DNA of 32,188 nt from contig CAZGLF010000003.1 in the NCBI GenBank assembly GCA_964526615.1, positions 689 to 32,876 on the forward strand, read 5' to 3'. Under the pieces are notes generated by a model, which ran no database searches, had not been told where the DNA came from, and saw only the letters and a list, made by a program, of their open reading frames with translations. The position numbers and the translations under genes are program-made. Below are positions 8,775 to 20,402 of this stretch, in pieces. The DNA comes from an uncultured Planctomycetia bacterium (GTDB lineage: Bacteria > Omnitrophota > Gorgyraeia > Duberdicusellales > 4484-171). The first letter of the stretch is position 1. Each line of letters opens with the position of its first letter.

Positions 8775-9062
8775 TTATTTCTTTTGTATTGCTTTTTTTG
8801 CTTTTATTCCCCCATGTTGTCTGAAAGTCCTTGTTGGCACAAACTCTCCAAAGCGATGGCCGACCATTCCTTCAGTCACAAAAACCGGAATGTGTTTCTT
8901 GCCGTTATAAACTGCGAAACTAAGCCCAACAAATTCCGGGATAATCATTGAGCTACGTGACCAGGTCTTTATAGCTTTGCGGTCACCGGCTTCTTTGCTC
9001 TTTTTAACCTTTTTAAGTAATTTCTCGTCAACAAATGGCCCTTTTTTTAAGGAACGACTCAT
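8775..9062 (-). CDS. rpsS: 30S ribosomal protein S19
   Basis: 95 aa with [19 protein letters not shown]...GHRFGEF. Confidence 0.97.
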   Translation of the reverse strand: MSRSLKKGPFVDEKLLKKVKKSKEAGDRKAIKTWSRSSMIIPEFVGLSFAVYNGKKHIPVFVTEGMVGHRFGEFVPTRTFRQHGGIKAKKAIQKK

Positions 9063-9910
9063 TTTTTACTTCTCCTTTTAGATCTTCTCTTAACAATGTA
9101 TTTATTGCTCATTTTCTTTGGTTTTCGCGTTTTCGCGCCTTTTGTGGGCTTACCCCATGGCGTTACCGGGTGCGGATTACCTTGCCCTGCTCTTCCTTCA
9201 CCTCCGCCATGCGGATGGTCTATTGGATTCATCGCAACACCTCTTACCTTAGGCCTTCTACCAAGCCAACGAATCCTGCCAGCTTTCCCGTGAGTAAAAG
9301 ATGCGTGTTCGATCAAACCCACCTGGCCAACAGTTGCCCGGCAATCAGCTTTTATGAGGCGCACTTCACCAGAAGGCATTTTTAGTTGAGCCATGCCTTT
9401 TTCTTTTGCCATTAATTGTGCCCAACTTCCGGCGCTTCTAACTAAGATCCCGCCTTTTCCGGGTTCCATTTCAATATTATGTACCAAGGTGCCCATTGGG
9501 ATATGTTTTAGCCGCATTGCATTACCAGGTCTAATAGCAATTTGTGAATCATAAGCGCTCATCACACTATCGCCCACATTCAACTTATCCGGCCAAATAA
9601 TATAACGTTTTTCATTATCAGGGTATTCAATTAAAGCAATCCTTGAGCTTCGATTAGGATCGTACTCGATAGCTATTACCTTAGCTTCGTTGTCGAATTT
9701 ATCCCGTTTAAAATCGATCATTCGATATTTACGTTTGTTTCCACCACCTCTTCTTCGTATAGTGATTCGACCTTTATTATTTCTTCCACCACTTTTCTTA
9801 AGCGATTTTACCAGAGATTTTTCCGGTTTATCCTTGGTGATTTCGCCGAAATCGGAAATAATTCTAAATCTTAAAGATGCCGTTACTGGTTTAAATTTTT
9901 TTACACCCAT
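9059..9910 (-). CDS. rplB: 50S ribosomal protein L2
   Basis: 283 aa with [22 protein letters not shown] and [14 protein letters not shown]. Confidence 0.97.
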   Translation of the reverse strand: MGVKKFKPVTASLRFRIISDFGEITKDKPEKSLVKSLKKSGGRNNKGRITIRRRGGGNKRKYRMIDFKRDKFDNEAKVIAIEYDPNRSSRIALIEYPDNEKRYIIWPDKLNVGDSVMSAYDSQIAIRPGNAMRLKHIPMGTLVHNIEMEPGKGGILVRSAGSWAQLMAKEKGMAQLKMPSGEVRLIKADCRATVGQVGLIEHASFTHGKAGRIRWLGRRPKVRGVAMNPIDHPHGGGEGRAGQGNPHPVTPWGKPTKGAKTRKPKKMSNKYIVKRRSKRRSKK

Positions 9911-9922
9911 AATCTTTTATCC

Positions 9923-10213
9923 TTATGCAAGTTTGATTTCAAAACCTTCTCGTAATTTCACTACTGCTTTCTTCCAAGAAGCAGTCTTTCCCGGTTGATT
10001 CCATCTCACTTTTTTAGTCTTGCCCTTTACCATTAAAGACGCAACCTTATCAACCTTCACTTTGTATATCTTTTCAATTGCCCGTTTGATCTCGATTTTA
10101 TTTGCATCTTTAGCAACCCAAAACGTATATTTGCGATTGACTGATTCGCGAGTTGTTTTTTCAGTTACCAAAGGCGCTTTAATTATAGAATAAATACTTT
10201 TTACTGTATCCAC
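9923..10213 (-). CDS. rplW: 50S ribosomal protein L23
   Basis: 96 aa with IIKAPLVTEKTT. It has an apparent GTG start that overlaps the rplD end by 13 nt. Confidence 0.94.
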   Translation of the reverse strand: MDTVKSIYSIIKAPLVTEKTTRESVNRKYTFWVAKDANKIEIKRAIEKIYKVKVDKVASLMVKGKTKKVRWNQPGKTASWKKAVVKLREGFEIKLA

Positions 10214-10878
10214 TTTTCTATCCTTCCTTCAATTGTTTTTAATGCTTCTTTGGTCAAAAGTAATTTTCTGCAATCAATGATTTCTTTAGCGGAGACATCT
10301 GAAGCCTTAGCTAAAGCCAAACAATCAATATTACGAGCCGATAGCTTTAGATTACTTTCAATACCTCCCACGACCAACCTGGTTTTAATACCTTTTATCC
10401 CTAAATTATTGATTATTTCTGAGGTATTTTTGGTTTTATGCGAATCCACCTTTAAATCTTCGACAACAATGATTTCTTGATCGATTAATTTAGCATTCAG
10501 AGCGCTTTTAAAGGCTAAAACCTTCATTTTTTTCGAAAGATCTTTGCGGTAAGAACGCGGTTTAGGTCCAAATGTAACTCCGCCTCCCTTCCATAATGGA
10601 GAACGGTTTGATCCAACCCTTGCCCTTCCGGTTCCTTTCTGCCGCCAAGGTTTTTTTCCTCCGCCTCTTACCTCACCTCGAGTTTTAGTCGCTGCCAAAC
10701 CCTTTCTTTGATTAGCTAAATAGGCAACTACAGCTTGATGAAGAAGAGATCGGTTTACCTCACCATCAAATACCTTTGGGTTAAGGCCGATCTTTTCAAC
10801 CTCTTTACCTTTAAGATTCAAAACGCTTAAGCTTGAGTTGATTTCTTTACTTTTAATATTTTTCTTGGTTTCTGCCAT
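10201..10878 (-). CDS. rplD: 50S ribosomal protein L4
   Basis: 225 aa with GGGKKPWRQKGTGRARVGSNRSPLWKGGGVTFGPKPR. Confidence 0.97.
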   Translation of the reverse strand: MAETKKNIKSKEINSSLSVLNLKGKEVEKIGLNPKVFDGEVNRSLLHQAVVAYLANQRKGLAATKTRGEVRGGGKKPWRQKGTGRARVGSNRSPLWKGGGVTFGPKPRSYRKDLSKKMKVLAFKSALNAKLIDQEIIVVEDLKVDSHKTKNTSEIINNLGIKGIKTRLVVGGIESNLKLSARNIDCLALAKASDVSAKEIIDCRKLLLTKEALKTIEGRIEKWIQ

Positions 10879-10904
10879 AGTTCTTACCTTAATATAATAT
10901 GCGT

Positions 10905-11756
10905 CTATTTAATCTTCTTTACTTTTACCAATGTTCCTCTGCTGCCGGGAACCGAGCCTTCGATGAAGATTAAATTCTTCTCTTTATCGATTTTAATCAC
11001 TTCTAAATTCCTTATAGTCTGAAAGCTGTTTCCCATATGTCCTGGCATCTTTAAGCCTTTTATTATTTTTGAAGGATAAGCAGATGCTCCGGCTGAACCA
11101 ATTCTTCGATGGCTTGTTGAACCGTGAGAACCTGGCTGACCGGACCAATTGTGCCGCTTCATACCTCCGGCAAACCCCCGTCCTTTAGATTTTGCTCTCA
11201 CATCAACCACATCTCCTTCGTTAAACAATTCAACTCCGATTTCACGAGGATTTTTTGCCTCTTTCTCGGAAACCTGCTCTGCAGATGTAGCTTCTTGTTC
11301 GTTTTTTTCTTGGCCTTCTTCTTGAGGCTCCTCTTCCTGGGTCTTGTCTCCTTCTTTTTTGACTGCAACTTCAGTAGTTGTATCTTCCTCTGGTTTTACT
11401 GCTTCAGGCTCACTAGCTTCAGTTTTAGGAGGTTCTTGCTGTTTGACATCAACTTGTTCAGCTGACTTTACATCAAAAGAAAAATCAGCGCCTTCTTCTA
11501 TATCAACCTCTTTAATAAGTTTATAAGGATTTATTCCCAATTTTTCAAAATAGCCCCTGATTGGTTTTTTTATTTTATTGATCTTTCTCACGTCAACTTT
11601 AAAGCAGCCGATCTTAGCTTTAGCCTTCGAAGGATACTCAACTTTTTCCAGGATGTAAACCGGTTCTACCTCTAAAACTGTACTTGGTAAAACATTACCC
11701 TCTTCGTCGAAAATTTGTGTCATTCCAATTTTTTTCCCGTAAATTTCCTTAATCAT
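10905..11756 (-). CDS. rplC: 50S ribosomal protein L3 carrying an acidic low-complexity insertion of about 75 aa
   Basis: 283 aa. The N-terminus is GKKIGMTQIF and the later core is KGRGFAGGMKRHNWSGQPGSHGSTSHRR. Residues about 96-170 are an E/K/T/Q/P-rich block, whereas most bacterial L3 proteins are about 210 aa. Confidence 0.95.
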   Translation of the reverse strand: MIKEIYGKKIGMTQIFDEEGNVLPSTVLEVEPVYILEKVEYPSKAKAKIGCFKVDVRKINKIKKPIRGYFEKLGINPYKLIKEVDIEEGADFSFDVKSAEQVDVKQQEPPKTEASEPEAVKPEEDTTTEVAVKKEGDKTQEEEPQEEGQEKNEQEATSAEQVSEKEAKNPREIGVELFNEGDVVDVRAKSKGRGFAGGMKRHNWSGQPGSHGSTSHRRIGSAGASAYPSKIIKGLKMPGHMGNSFQTIRNLEVIKIDKEKNLIFIEGSVPGSRGTLVKVKKIK

Positions 11757-11836
11757 AAATGAAACTCATTTTTTTTGAACTTACTATTTTAAAAAATTTT
11801 AGTCGACTTTATCTTTAACAAACAAGCATTTAAGAA

Positions 11837-11888
11837 CAGGCTGGTCAAGGGTTTAATCCACTTACACCCTCGATAAATGTGTTGCCTG
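11837..11888 (-). promoter_or_regulatory. Two-tier stem-loop in the rpsJ-rplC spacer (possible attenuator or processing site)
   Basis: On the minus-strand RNA, CAGGC...GCCTG (5 bp) encloses CGAGGGT/ACCCTTG (7 bp including one G-U) with a 13-nt loop. It is followed by the U-rich stretch ttcttaaatgcttgtttgtt. The fold was done by hand only. Confidence 0.3.
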
Positions 11889-11917
11889 AATAGCTATCTT
11901 GTTAAGAATAAGTTTCT

Positions 11918-12232
11918 TTAAACCTCTTGTTTAATCTCTACATTCACACCTGCCGGCAAATTCAACTTTCTTAAAGCGTCGATTGTCTTAGCTGTCGGAT
12001 TATCAAGGTCAATTATTCTTTTATGTATTGCCAGCATAAACTGTTCGCGTGATTTTTTATCAACATTTGTAGACCTGTTTACGGTGTAAATTTTTTTCTT
12101 AGTAGGTATTGGTATTGGGCCATTTAGTTTTGCACCGGTTCTTAAGGCAACTTCTGCAATATCTTGGGCTGATTGGTCCAATATACGATGGTCAAAAGCT
12201 TTAAGTTTAATTCGAATCTTTAGCATACTCAT
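11918..12232 (-). CDS. rpsJ: 30S ribosomal protein S10
   Basis: 104 aa with [22 protein letters not shown] second in-frame ATG lies two codons downstream. Confidence 0.96.
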   Translation of the reverse strand: MSMLKIRIKLKAFDHRILDQSAQDIAEVALRTGAKLNGPIPIPTKKKIYTVNRSTNVDKKSREQFMLAIHKRIIDLDNPTAKTIDALRKLNLPAGVNVEIKQEV

Positions 12233-12257
12233 CTTTAAATTTACCTACTTTAGTTTG

Positions 12258-13463
12258 TTACTCAATTATTTCTGTAATTACACCTGCACCTACAGTTCTT
12301 CCACCTTCACGAATAGCAAATCTCAATTCTTTCTCAGCAGCAACTGGTTGAATCAGCGTAACTTCTAATTCAACATTATCCCCGGGCATAACCATCTCAA
12401 CACCTTGAGGTAACTTACAGGTTCCGGTTACGTCAGTTGTTCTAAAATAAAATTGAGGTCTATAACCGCTAAAGAAAGGAGTGTGTCTTCCACCCTCTTC
12501 TTTCTTTAAAGCATAAACTTGTGTCTTAAATTTCTTATGAGGTGTTATTGATCCTGATTTAGCCAAAACCATACCTCTTTCAACTTCTTCTTTAGCAACA
12601 CCTCTTAAAAGTAAACCTACATTGTCACCGGCCTGGCCTTCATCAAGAAGTTTTCTAAACATCTCTACTCCGGTAACGACAGTTTTTTTAGTATCTTCGT
12701 GAATTCCAATCATTTCAACCTCTTCGCTAACCTTAACTTTTCCCCTTTCAATTCTTCCGGTTACAACTGTTCCGCGTCCGGAAATTGAAAATACATCTTC
12801 AACTGCCATCAAAAATGGTTTGTCGACATCTCTTTTTGGTGTTGGAAAATAGCTGTCAACGTTTTGCATGAGCTCTAATATCGGCTTGCAATCTTCGCTA
12901 GCTGCATTACCAGCAGTAGCGGCCTCTAGCGCCTTTAAAGCCGAACCTTTTATGATTGGAATATCTTTTCCAGGAAATTCATATTTAGTTAGAAGATCCC
13001 TTACTTCTTCTTCTACAAGCTCTACTAGCTCAGGATCTTCCATCTGGTCAACCTTGTTAATGAACACAACAATTCCTGGAACATTTACCTGTCTCGCTAA
13101 AAGTATATGTTCTCTGGTTTGCGGCATCGGTCCATCGGTTGCTGCAACAACTAAGATAGCACCGTCCATCTGAGCCGCACCGGTAATCATGTTCTTAATG
13201 TAGTCAGCGTGCCCTGGGCAATCAATGTGAGCATAGTGACGATTTTCAGTTTCATACTCAACGTGAGCAATATTAATAGTAACGCCTCTTTCTCTTTCTT
13301 CGGGTGCCTTATCAATGTCCTCAAATTTTAAAGCAGTTGCGCCCCCGGTAGCAGCTAAAGTCTGTGTTATTGCTGCAGTAAGGGTTGTCTTACCATGATC
13401 AACGTGACCAATGGTACCAATGTTAAGATGGGGCTTTGTCCTTACAAACTTCTCTTTTCCCAT
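12258..13463 (-). CDS. tuf: Elongation factor Tu
   Basis: 401 aa with [18 protein letters not shown] and NKVD. AAGGAGG lies upstream. Confidence 0.98.
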   Translation of the reverse strand: MGKEKFVRTKPHLNIGTIGHVDHGKTTLTAAITQTLAATGGATALKFEDIDKAPEERERGVTINIAHVEYETENRHYAHIDCPGHADYIKNMITGAAQMDGAILVVAATDGPMPQTREHILLARQVNVPGIVVFINKVDQMEDPELVELVEEEVRDLLTKYEFPGKDIPIIKGSALKALEAATAGNAASEDCKPILELMQNVDSYFPTPKRDVDKPFLMAVEDVFSISGRGTVVTGRIERGKVKVSEEVEMIGIHEDTKKTVVTGVEMFRKLLDEGQAGDNVGLLLRGVAKEEVERGMVLAKSGSITPHKKFKTQVYALKKEEGGRHTPFFSGYRPQFYFRTTDVTGTCKLPQGVEMVMPGDNVELEVTLIQPVAAEKELRFAIREGGRTVGAGVITEIIE

Positions 13464-13488
13464 AACTACACCTCCTTATCCTATAAAC

Positions 13489-15567
13489 TTATCTTCCTAG
13501 TATTTTTGTTAATAATTCTCCTGGTACCCGCTCGTAATACGAAGGCTCTATTGTATAAGATGCTCTGCCTTGTGTCAAGTTTCTTAATGCATCTGCGTAG
13601 TTAAAAACTTCTGAAAGAGGAACATCCGCACTGAGCATTCGTAAATTCTTTCTATCTTTTATGCCTTTTATCTTTGCGCGGCGTGAATTTAAGTCCCCAA
13701 TAACTTGACTTACGTATTCAATCGGAGTAATAACCTCTAAATCCATAACCGGTTCTAAAACTACCGAAGCAGCTTTTCTTAAACCCTCTTTGACTCCAAT
13801 TTCGCCGGCAACCTTAAAGCTTAACTCTGATGAATCAACATCATGGTATGAACCGTCTATCAATGTTGCTTTTATATCTACCACCGGATAACCTCCTAAA
13901 ACTCCGCTTTCTAAGGCTTCTTGGACCCCTTCTTTAACTGAAGGGATAAATTCTTTTGGAATTGCTCCGGATTTTATTTTGCTTTCAAATACAAGCCCTT
14001 TACCTTTAGATAAAGGCTCCATTAATAATACAACATGCCCATACTGGCCGTGGCCTCCTGCCTGTTGTATAAATTTTCCAACTGCTTCAACTTTTCTGGT
14101 AATAGTTTCTTTATAGGCAACCTGGGGTCTGCCAACTTTTGCGGTTACGTTAAAATCTTGTATTAAGCGTTCTACCATTATTTCTAGATGAAGCTGCCCC
14201 ATGCCGGAAATTACATTTTGTCCGGTCTCACGGTTATAGGCGACTTTAAAAGAAGGGTCTTCGTCGGCTAATTTTCCTAAAGCATTAAATAACTTTTCCT
14301 GGTCAGCTTGGGTTTTTGGCTCAATTGCCAAAGAAACTACCGGTTCAGGAAATTTTATCTCTTCCAATATTAAAGCGTGATCTTTATCTGAAAGTGTATC
14401 GCCAGTTGAGGTATTTTTCATCCCCACCAAACACACGATATCTCCGGCTTTAGCTTCATTGATCATTTCCTGTTTGTTTGCATGCATTCTTAATATTTTT
14501 GTTACTTTTTCTTTTTCTTGTTTTGTTGCATTATAAATAATTGAAGATGTATTGATTTTCCCTGAATATAGCCGAGTGTAGAAAAGCTTCCCCACGAAAG
14601 GATCGGTAAAAACTTTAAAACATAAACCACAAAAAGGCCCTTTAATATCCGGCTCAACTGTAACCTCTTGGTCTTTTTTTAAGGTTGAACCTTTAACTTT
14701 AGCAGCTTCCAATGGTGAAGGAAGATAATTACATATTGCATCTAACACCTGTTGTATTCCTTTATTTTTCAAAGAAGACCCGCACAAAATTGGGACAAAT
14801 CTATTAGCTATCACATACTTTCGGATGGTTTCTTTTATTTCAACTTGTTCAATAGCTTTATTTTCAATTACTTTATGCATAAAGGAGTCATCTAATTCAG
14901 CTAATTTTTCGATTAAGTTATCCTTATATTTAGCAGCATCGGCTTTCATATTATCCGGAATATCTTTTTCAATCACTTTCTCTCCAAATTCACCTTCGTT
15001 ATAAATTGCTTTTTCTTTAATTAAATCTACTATTCCGGTAAATTCATCTTCTTCATATATCGGTAAAGCAATCGGTGCCATCGCGATTTGAAATTTTTCT
15101 TTCATATCATAAAGCACCTCAAAATAATCAGCTCCGATTCGATCCATTTTATTAACAAAAGCTATTCTTGGCACTGAATATTTTTCAGCCTGACGCCATA
15201 CAGTCTCTGATTGAGGCTCTACCCCTCCTACTGCACAAAAAATAACGACTGTCCCATCTAAAACCTTCAAAGATCTCTCGACTTCGACGGTGAAATCAAT
15301 ATGACCGGGGGTATCGATGATATTTATTTGATGGTTGCCCCACTTACAATAAGTTGCAGCACTTGTTATAGTTATCCCACGTTCTCTTTCTTGAGTCATC
15401 CAGTCAGTTATAGTGGTACCATCATGGACTTCCCCTACCTTATAAGTTTTTCCGGCATAAAAAAGAATCCTCTCGGTAGTGGTTGTCTTACCCGCATCGA
15501 TGTGGGCAATGAAACCAATATTTCTAGTTAAATCCAAACCTGTCTTCATGCTAACTGCTGTGCTCAC
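13489..15567 (-). CDS. fusA: Elongation factor G
   Basis: 692 aa with [26 protein letters not shown] and NKMD. The GTG at 15567 is the longest start. The ATG at 15549 ([12 protein letters not shown]) is an equally plausible start. Confidence 0.96.
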   Translation of the reverse strand: MSTAVSMKTGLDLTRNIGFIAHIDAGKTTTTERILFYAGKTYKVGEVHDGTTITDWMTQERERGITITSAATYCKWGNHQINIIDTPGHIDFTVEVERSLKVLDGTVVIFCAVGGVEPQSETVWRQAEKYSVPRIAFVNKMDRIGADYFEVLYDMKEKFQIAMAPIALPIYEEDEFTGIVDLIKEKAIYNEGEFGEKVIEKDIPDNMKADAAKYKDNLIEKLAELDDSFMHKVIENKAIEQVEIKETIRKYVIANRFVPILCGSSLKNKGIQQVLDAICNYLPSPLEAAKVKGSTLKKDQEVTVEPDIKGPFCGLCFKVFTDPFVGKLFYTRLYSGKINTSSIIYNATKQEKEKVTKILRMHANKQEMINEAKAGDIVCLVGMKNTSTGDTLSDKDHALILEEIKFPEPVVSLAIEPKTQADQEKLFNALGKLADEDPSFKVAYNRETGQNVISGMGQLHLEIMVERLIQDFNVTAKVGRPQVAYKETITRKVEAVGKFIQQAGGHGQYGHVVLLMEPLSKGKGLVFESKIKSGAIPKEFIPSVKEGVQEALESGVLGGYPVVDIKATLIDGSYHDVDSSELSFKVAGEIGVKEGLRKAASVVLEPVMDLEVITPIEYVSQVIGDLNSRRAKIKGIKDRKNLRMLSADVPLSEVFNYADALRNLTQGRASYTIEPSYYERVPGELLTKILGR

Positions 15568-15586
15568 TCTTTATCACTTAAATTCC

Positions 15587-16054
15587 TTAGTATTTAAAAT
15601 GGGCAAATGCTTTATTTGATTCGGCCATTTTATGGGTATCCTCTCTTTTTTTGATTGCAGAACCTTCATTTTTATATGCGGCAACAATCTCTTCGGCTAA
15701 TTTATTTTTCATTGGTTTGCCTTTCTTCTTTAAGGCAAAATCTTTTATCCATCGCAAGGCTATTGCAAACCCTCTGTCTTTAGGCACTTCCAGAGGAACC
15801 TGATAAGTTGCTCCTCCAATTCTTCTTGGTTTTACGGCCATTCGAGGCCTTGCATTATCCAACGCAGTAAAGAAAACTTTTACCGGGTCTTCTTTTAGCC
15901 GTTCTGACACAATATCAAAAGCATTATATATTATTTTTTGAGCAATGCTTTTTTTGCCATCGCGCATAATAATATTTACGAATTCACCAATTTCCCGGGA
16001 ATTGTATTTCGGGTCAGGATTTTTTTCTCTTTTAGGTGCTCTTCGTCTTCTCAT
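15587..16054 (-). CDS. rpsG: 30S ribosomal protein S7
   Basis: 155 aa with MRRRRAPKREKNPDPKYNS, in the rpsL-rpsG-fusA order. Confidence 0.97.
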   Translation of the reverse strand: MRRRRAPKREKNPDPKYNSREIGEFVNIIMRDGKKSIAQKIIYNAFDIVSERLKEDPVKVFFTALDNARPRMAVKPRRIGGATYQVPLEVPKDRGFAIALRWIKDFALKKKGKPMKNKLAEEIVAAYKNEGSAIKKREDTHKMAESNKAFAHFKY

Positions 16055-16068
16055 ACTATACTATCTCC

Positions 16069-16443
16069 TTAACTTTTTGGCTTCTTTGTTCCGTATTTTG
16101 AACGTGACCGTTTTCGATTTTGAACTCCTTGGCAATCAAGAGTTCCTCGCACTATATGATAGCGTACACCCGGAAGGTCTTTTACTCTTCCGCCTCTGAC
16201 TAAAACTATAGAGTGTTCTTGTAAATTATGTCCTTCGCCAGGGATATAGGCGGTAACTTCTTCCCGGTTAGTTAATCGTACTCTGGCAATTTTACGTAAA
16301 GCAGAATTTGGCTTCTTAGGTGTCATAGTCCTTACCTGTATACATACCCCACGCCTTTGAGGACAATGGTTAAGGGCCGGCGATTTTCCTTTTTTTGTTT
16401 TTGAAATTCTTGCTTTTTTTAATAATTGTGTTATTGTTGGCAT
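16069..16443 (-). CDS. rpsL: 30S ribosomal protein S12
   Basis: 124 aa with [10 protein letters not shown]...[11 protein letters not shown]...[14 protein letters not shown]. It overlaps the rpoC end by 13 nt. Confidence 0.98.
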   Translation of the reverse strand: MPTITQLLKKARISKTKKGKSPALNHCPQRRGVCIQVRTMTPKKPNSALRKIARVRLTNREEVTAYIPGEGHNLQEHSIVLVRGGRVKDLPGVRYHIVRGTLDCQGVQNRKRSRSKYGTKKPKS

Positions 16444-19400
16444 TTTTCCACCTCAATTTCTCGATATCTCTTTAAACCCGTACCTGCTGGTATAAGGTGT
16501 CCTACTATTACATTTTCTTTCAAACCTTGCAAACCATCGACTTTTCCGGCAGTAGCAGCATCGGCCAAGATCCTGGTGGTCTCCTGGAAACTAGCAGCCG
16601 AAATAAAGCTTTTAGTACTCAAGGAAGCTTTTGTTATACCTAAAAGCAATGGTGAAGCTGTAGCCGGTTTGCCGCCTTTTTTAATTATCCGATCATTTTC
16701 ATTTCGAAAATCCCATTTATCAACGCCTTCTCCAGGTAAAAATTCACTATTTCCAGCATCAACGATTTTAACTTTTTTAAGCATCTCGCGAATTATAACC
16801 TCAATATGTTTATCGTTGATTTTTACACCCTGCAAACGGTAAATTTCTTGAATTTCATTAACTAAGTGTTCCTGAAGTACCTTGTCACCACAAACCCTTA
16901 AAATGTCCTGCAAAACGATCGGCCCTTCAGTTAATTGCTGACCAGCAGTGGCCTGGTCTCCACGGTAAACTATTGGATGTGCTCCCGGAGGAATAGCATA
17001 TTCACGTTTCATGCCGGTTGGACTTCGAACGATAACTTTTCTCTCACCACCACTCTCGGCAAATTCAATAAACCCATCTATTTCGCTAATTACAGCGGGG
17101 TTTTTAGGTCGCCTGGCTTCAAAAAGCTCAGCTACGCGCGGTAAACCACCGGTAATATCCCTTGTTTTGGCAACCAAGCGCGGTGTCTTAGCTATTACAT
17201 CACCGGCTTCAATAGTCTGGCCTTCTTCGATCATTATGTGAGCGCCGGTTGGTAACGGGTATATACCGAGCACTTCGTCTTTTTCTGACAAAATCAAGAT
17301 TTGCGGATGGTAATCCCCTTTGAACTCAACCACTATTCTTTCTTTTCTTCCAGTCGTAGCATTCATTTCTTCCTGAATAGTAATTTTATTTACAATATCC
17401 TCATATTTGACTTTTCCGCTAACCTCAGAAAGAATCGGTGAAGAATAAGGATCCCATCTTACAAACACCTTGTCTTTTTCAACCGGTTGATCCTCGGCAA
17501 TCATTATAGCAGCACCTTGGGGAACCGGATTTCTCTGAAGCTCTATACCGCGGTTGTCATTAATGCTAATCATTCCATTGCGGTTGAGCACTACAAAGTG
17601 ACGTCCTTTAGGGACAATCTTTAAGCCGTGATATTTTAAAACACCACCATCTCTGGCTTTTATGAATGCTCTTTCGGCAACTCTGGAAGCAGTACCACCA
17701 ATATGAAAGGTTCTCATTGTCAGCTGAGTACCCGGCTCACCGATTGATTGAGCTGCGATAACACCTACTGCTTCGCCTACTTCTACTAATTTTCGAGTTG
17801 CTAAATTTTTTCCGTAACATTTAACGCAAACTCCTCTTTCTGATTCACAAGTCAAGACGCTGCGAATCCTTATTTTTTCTAAACCCAGTCTTTCTATCAT
17901 GCTTGCTTTATCTTCAGTAATTTCGTCTCCGGCTTTAACAACTACCTCATCGCTTACAATGTCAACTACATTATCTAAGGCGACTCGCCCAACAATTCTT
18001 TCCTTAAGCGAAACGACCACCTCTTCTCCCTCAACTATTTCCGAAACAGTTATCCCATTAACGGTTCCACAGTCATCTTCAACTATGATAACTTCCTGGG
18101 CCACATCTACAAGCCGTCGAGTAAGATAACCAGCGTCAGCAGTCTTTAATGCTGTATCAGCTAAACCTTTACGTGCTCCGTGAGTTGAAATAAAAAATTC
18201 CAAAACATTTAAACCTTCCTTAAAATTAGAGGTAATTGGAATTTCAATAATTTCTCCTGATGGCTTCGCCATAAGCCCTCTCATTCCGGCAAGCTGTCTA
18301 ACCTGTAACTTTGAACCTCTTGCTCCGGAATCCGCCATCATAAATATTGGATTATAACTATCCATATTTTTAAATACATAATCAGAAATTCTATCTGTGG
18401 TTCTGGTCCAAACATCAATAATTTTATTGTGCCGTTCCCTTTCGGTGATTATTCCGCGGCGATACTGGTCTTCAACTTTTTTCAACTCAGAATTTGCTTC
18501 GTCAATACAAACCTGTTTTTGTTCCGGGATATCTAAATCATCGATTGCAATACTAACTCCACCTAAGGTTGCATATTCAAAACCTAAATCTTTTATTTTA
18601 TCTAATAGGTCAACGACTGCGCCGTGGCCAAAATTTCGGTAACACTCGCTAATAATCGCTGAAACTTTTTTCTTACCAAGAATTTCGTTAACAAACCGAA
18701 AACCTTTAGGCAGTATTCCGTTAAAAATAACCCTACCGGTTGTAGTTTCGATTATTTTCCTTTCACCGTTTTCTTTGATTCTTAATTTGATTTTTGCATG
18801 CAAGTCTACCTCTTCATCTTGATAGGCGGTAATAACTTCTTCAGGGCTTGAAAACAATATTCCCTGGCCTTTAGTATTATCTCGATCAATAGTGAGATAA
18901 CGGCAGCCAATTATCATATCCTGGCTGGGGGCGATGACCGGTCTACCATCAGAAGGGGAAAAAATATTGTTAACCGAAAGCATCATCAATCTTGCTTCGG
19001 TTTGCGCCTCTAAAGATAAAGGTAAGTGAACTGCCATTTGGTCACCGTCGAAGTCAGCATTAAACGCCGCACAAACTAAAGGATGTAATTTTATAGCCTT
19101 TCCTTCGACTAAGACTGGGTAGAATGCTTGAATGCTCAAACGGTGTAAAGTAGGCGCACGGTTAAGTAAGACCGGATGACCTTTGATAACGTCTTCAAGT
19201 ATATCCCAAACTTCCACCCTTGCCCGCTCAACCATTCGTCTTGCACCCTTTATAGTGTGAACAAATCCTTTTTCACGTAATTTCTTAATAATAAAAGGTT
19301 CGACTAATTCTAAAGCCATTTGTTTTGGTATTCCACATTGATGAAGTTTTAATTCAGGACCAACAACGATTACGCTTCGGCCGGAATAATCGACACGTTT

Positions 19401-20402
19401 TCCTAAAAGATTCTGCCTGAAACGGCCTTGTTTTCCTTTAAGCATATCGGAAAGGCTTTTTAGAGGGCGATTTTGAGGACCCATAACCGGCCGGCCGTGC
19501 CGTCCATTTTCTAAAACTGCATCCACAGCTTCTTGAAGCATTCTTTTTTCATTACGGATAATGATATCAGGGGCCCCAAGAGCCATTAATTTCTTTAAAC
19601 GGTTATTTCTATTTATTGCCCGTCGATAAAGATCATTAAGATCCGAGGATGCAAATCTTCCGCCTTCTAAAGGAACTAACGGCCTCAGATCAGGCGGGAT
19701 AACTGGTAAGTTATCCAGAACCATCCACTCAGGCTTATTTCCGGAGCGGCGCATATCTTCAATTATCTTTAGACGTTTCAACAAGCGTTTATTAACGCCG
19801 ACTTTACCCTTTTCCATAGTTTTTTTGATTGATTTACTCAATTTATCTAAATCGATCTCGGAAAGCAATTCCCGTACCGCCTCGGCTCCGATTCCAACTT
19901 TAAAATCGTTTCCATACTTCTCGATTGCTTCATGGTATTCGGCTTCTTTTAGAAGCTGCATTTTCTTAAAACCAGTTGTTCCGGGATCAATAATTACATA
20001 TTCTTCATAATAAATTACTTTTTCAAGTTGCTTGATACTTAAATCTAACATCGCACCAATCCTTGAAGGAAGAACTTTGAAAAGCCAAATATGGGTAGCC
20101 GGAGCTGCTAAATTGATATGGCCCATTCTTTGGCGCCGAACCGAAGAATGAAGTATTTCAACCCCGCAACGGTCGCACTTAGAGCCTTTGAATTTTATCC
20201 CTTTTAATTTTCCGCAATGACACTCCCAGTCTTTAGCTGGTCCAAAAATTCTTTCGCAAAACAAACCATCTTTCTCAGGTTTTAAAGTACGGTAATTTAA
20301 AGTCTCGGCCTTCTTTATCTCACCGGAAGACCAACTTTTAATAACTTCTGGAGCAGCTAATTTTATGCTTATTCGATCAAAAAAAGCAACTTTTTCAATC
20401 AT
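16431..20402 (-). CDS. rpoC: DNA-directed RNA polymerase subunit beta-prime
   Basis: 1323 aa. It has the N-terminal zinc motif CHCGK...CDRCG, the catalytic NADFDGDQM motif, and a trigger-loop TFHIGG...DITGGLPRV with an insert of about 177 aa. Confidence 0.98.
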   Translation of the reverse strand: MIEKVAFFDRISIKLAAPEVIKSWSSGEIKKAETLNYRTLKPEKDGLFCERIFGPAKDWECHCGKLKGIKFKGSKCDRCGVEILHSSVRRQRMGHINLAAPATHIWLFKVLPSRIGAMLDLSIKQLEKVIYYEEYVIIDPGTTGFKKMQLLKEAEYHEAIEKYGNDFKVGIGAEAVRELLSEIDLDKLSKSIKKTMEKGKVGVNKRLLKRLKIIEDMRRSGNKPEWMVLDNLPVIPPDLRPLVPLEGGRFASSDLNDLYRRAINRNNRLKKLMALGAPDIIIRNEKRMLQEAVDAVLENGRHGRPVMGPQNRPLKSLSDMLKGKQGRFRQNLLGKRVDYSGRSVIVVGPELKLHQCGIPKQMALELVEPFIIKKLREKGFVHTIKGARRMVERARVEVWDILEDVIKGHPVLLNRAPTLHRLSIQAFYPVLVEGKAIKLHPLVCAAFNADFDGDQMAVHLPLSLEAQTEARLMMLSVNNIFSPSDGRPVIAPSQDMIIGCRYLTIDRDNTKGQGILFSSPEEVITAYQDEEVDLHAKIKLRIKENGERKIIETTTGRVIFNGILPKGFRFVNEILGKKKVSAIISECYRNFGHGAVVDLLDKIKDLGFEYATLGGVSIAIDDLDIPEQKQVCIDEANSELKKVEDQYRRGIITERERHNKIIDVWTRTTDRISDYVFKNMDSYNPIFMMADSGARGSKLQVRQLAGMRGLMAKPSGEIIEIPITSNFKEGLNVLEFFISTHGARKGLADTALKTADAGYLTRRLVDVAQEVIIVEDDCGTVNGITVSEIVEGEEVVVSLKERIVGRVALDNVVDIVSDEVVVKAGDEITEDKASMIERLGLEKIRIRSVLTCESERGVCVKCYGKNLATRKLVEVGEAVGVIAAQSIGEPGTQLTMRTFHIGGTASRVAERAFIKARDGGVLKYHGLKIVPKGRHFVVLNRNGMISINDNRGIELQRNPVPQGAAIMIAEDQPVEKDKVFVRWDPYSSPILSEVSGKVKYEDIVNKITIQEEMNATTGRKERIVVEFKGDYHPQILILSEKDEVLGIYPLPTGAHIMIEEGQTIEAGDVIAKTPRLVAKTRDITGGLPRVAELFEARRPKNPAVISEIDGFIEFAESGGERKVIVRSPTGMKREYAIPPGAHPIVYRGDQATAGQQLTEGPIVLQDILRVCGDKVLQEHLVNEIQEIYRLQGVKINDKHIEVIIREMLKKVKIVDAGNSEFLPGEGVDKWDFRNENDRIIKKGGKPATASPLLLGITKASLSTKSFISAASFQETTRILADAATAGKVDGLQGLKENVIVGHLIPAGTGLKRYREIEVEKCQQ

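Noticed and set aside
11247-11471. The L3 insertion as an intein, an IS remnant or a fused foreign domain.
   Set aside because: It has no intein splice-junction residues or endonuclease motifs, and it has no terminal inverted repeats at the DNA level. It is pure low-complexity acidic sequence that stays in-frame. The SAEQV pentapeptide at both ends uses different codons, so there is no evidence of a recent duplication.
16426-16842. A 138-aa plus-strand ORF, together with the other plus-strand ORFs in the track (for example 536-826, 8637-8951, 9035-9385, 11124-11465, 21600-21983, 23936-24289 and 28545-28958).
   Set aside because: All lie antisense to strongly identified conserved genes. They have low-complexity S/L/F/P-rich compositions typical of shadow frames, no SD, and no recognisable motifs.
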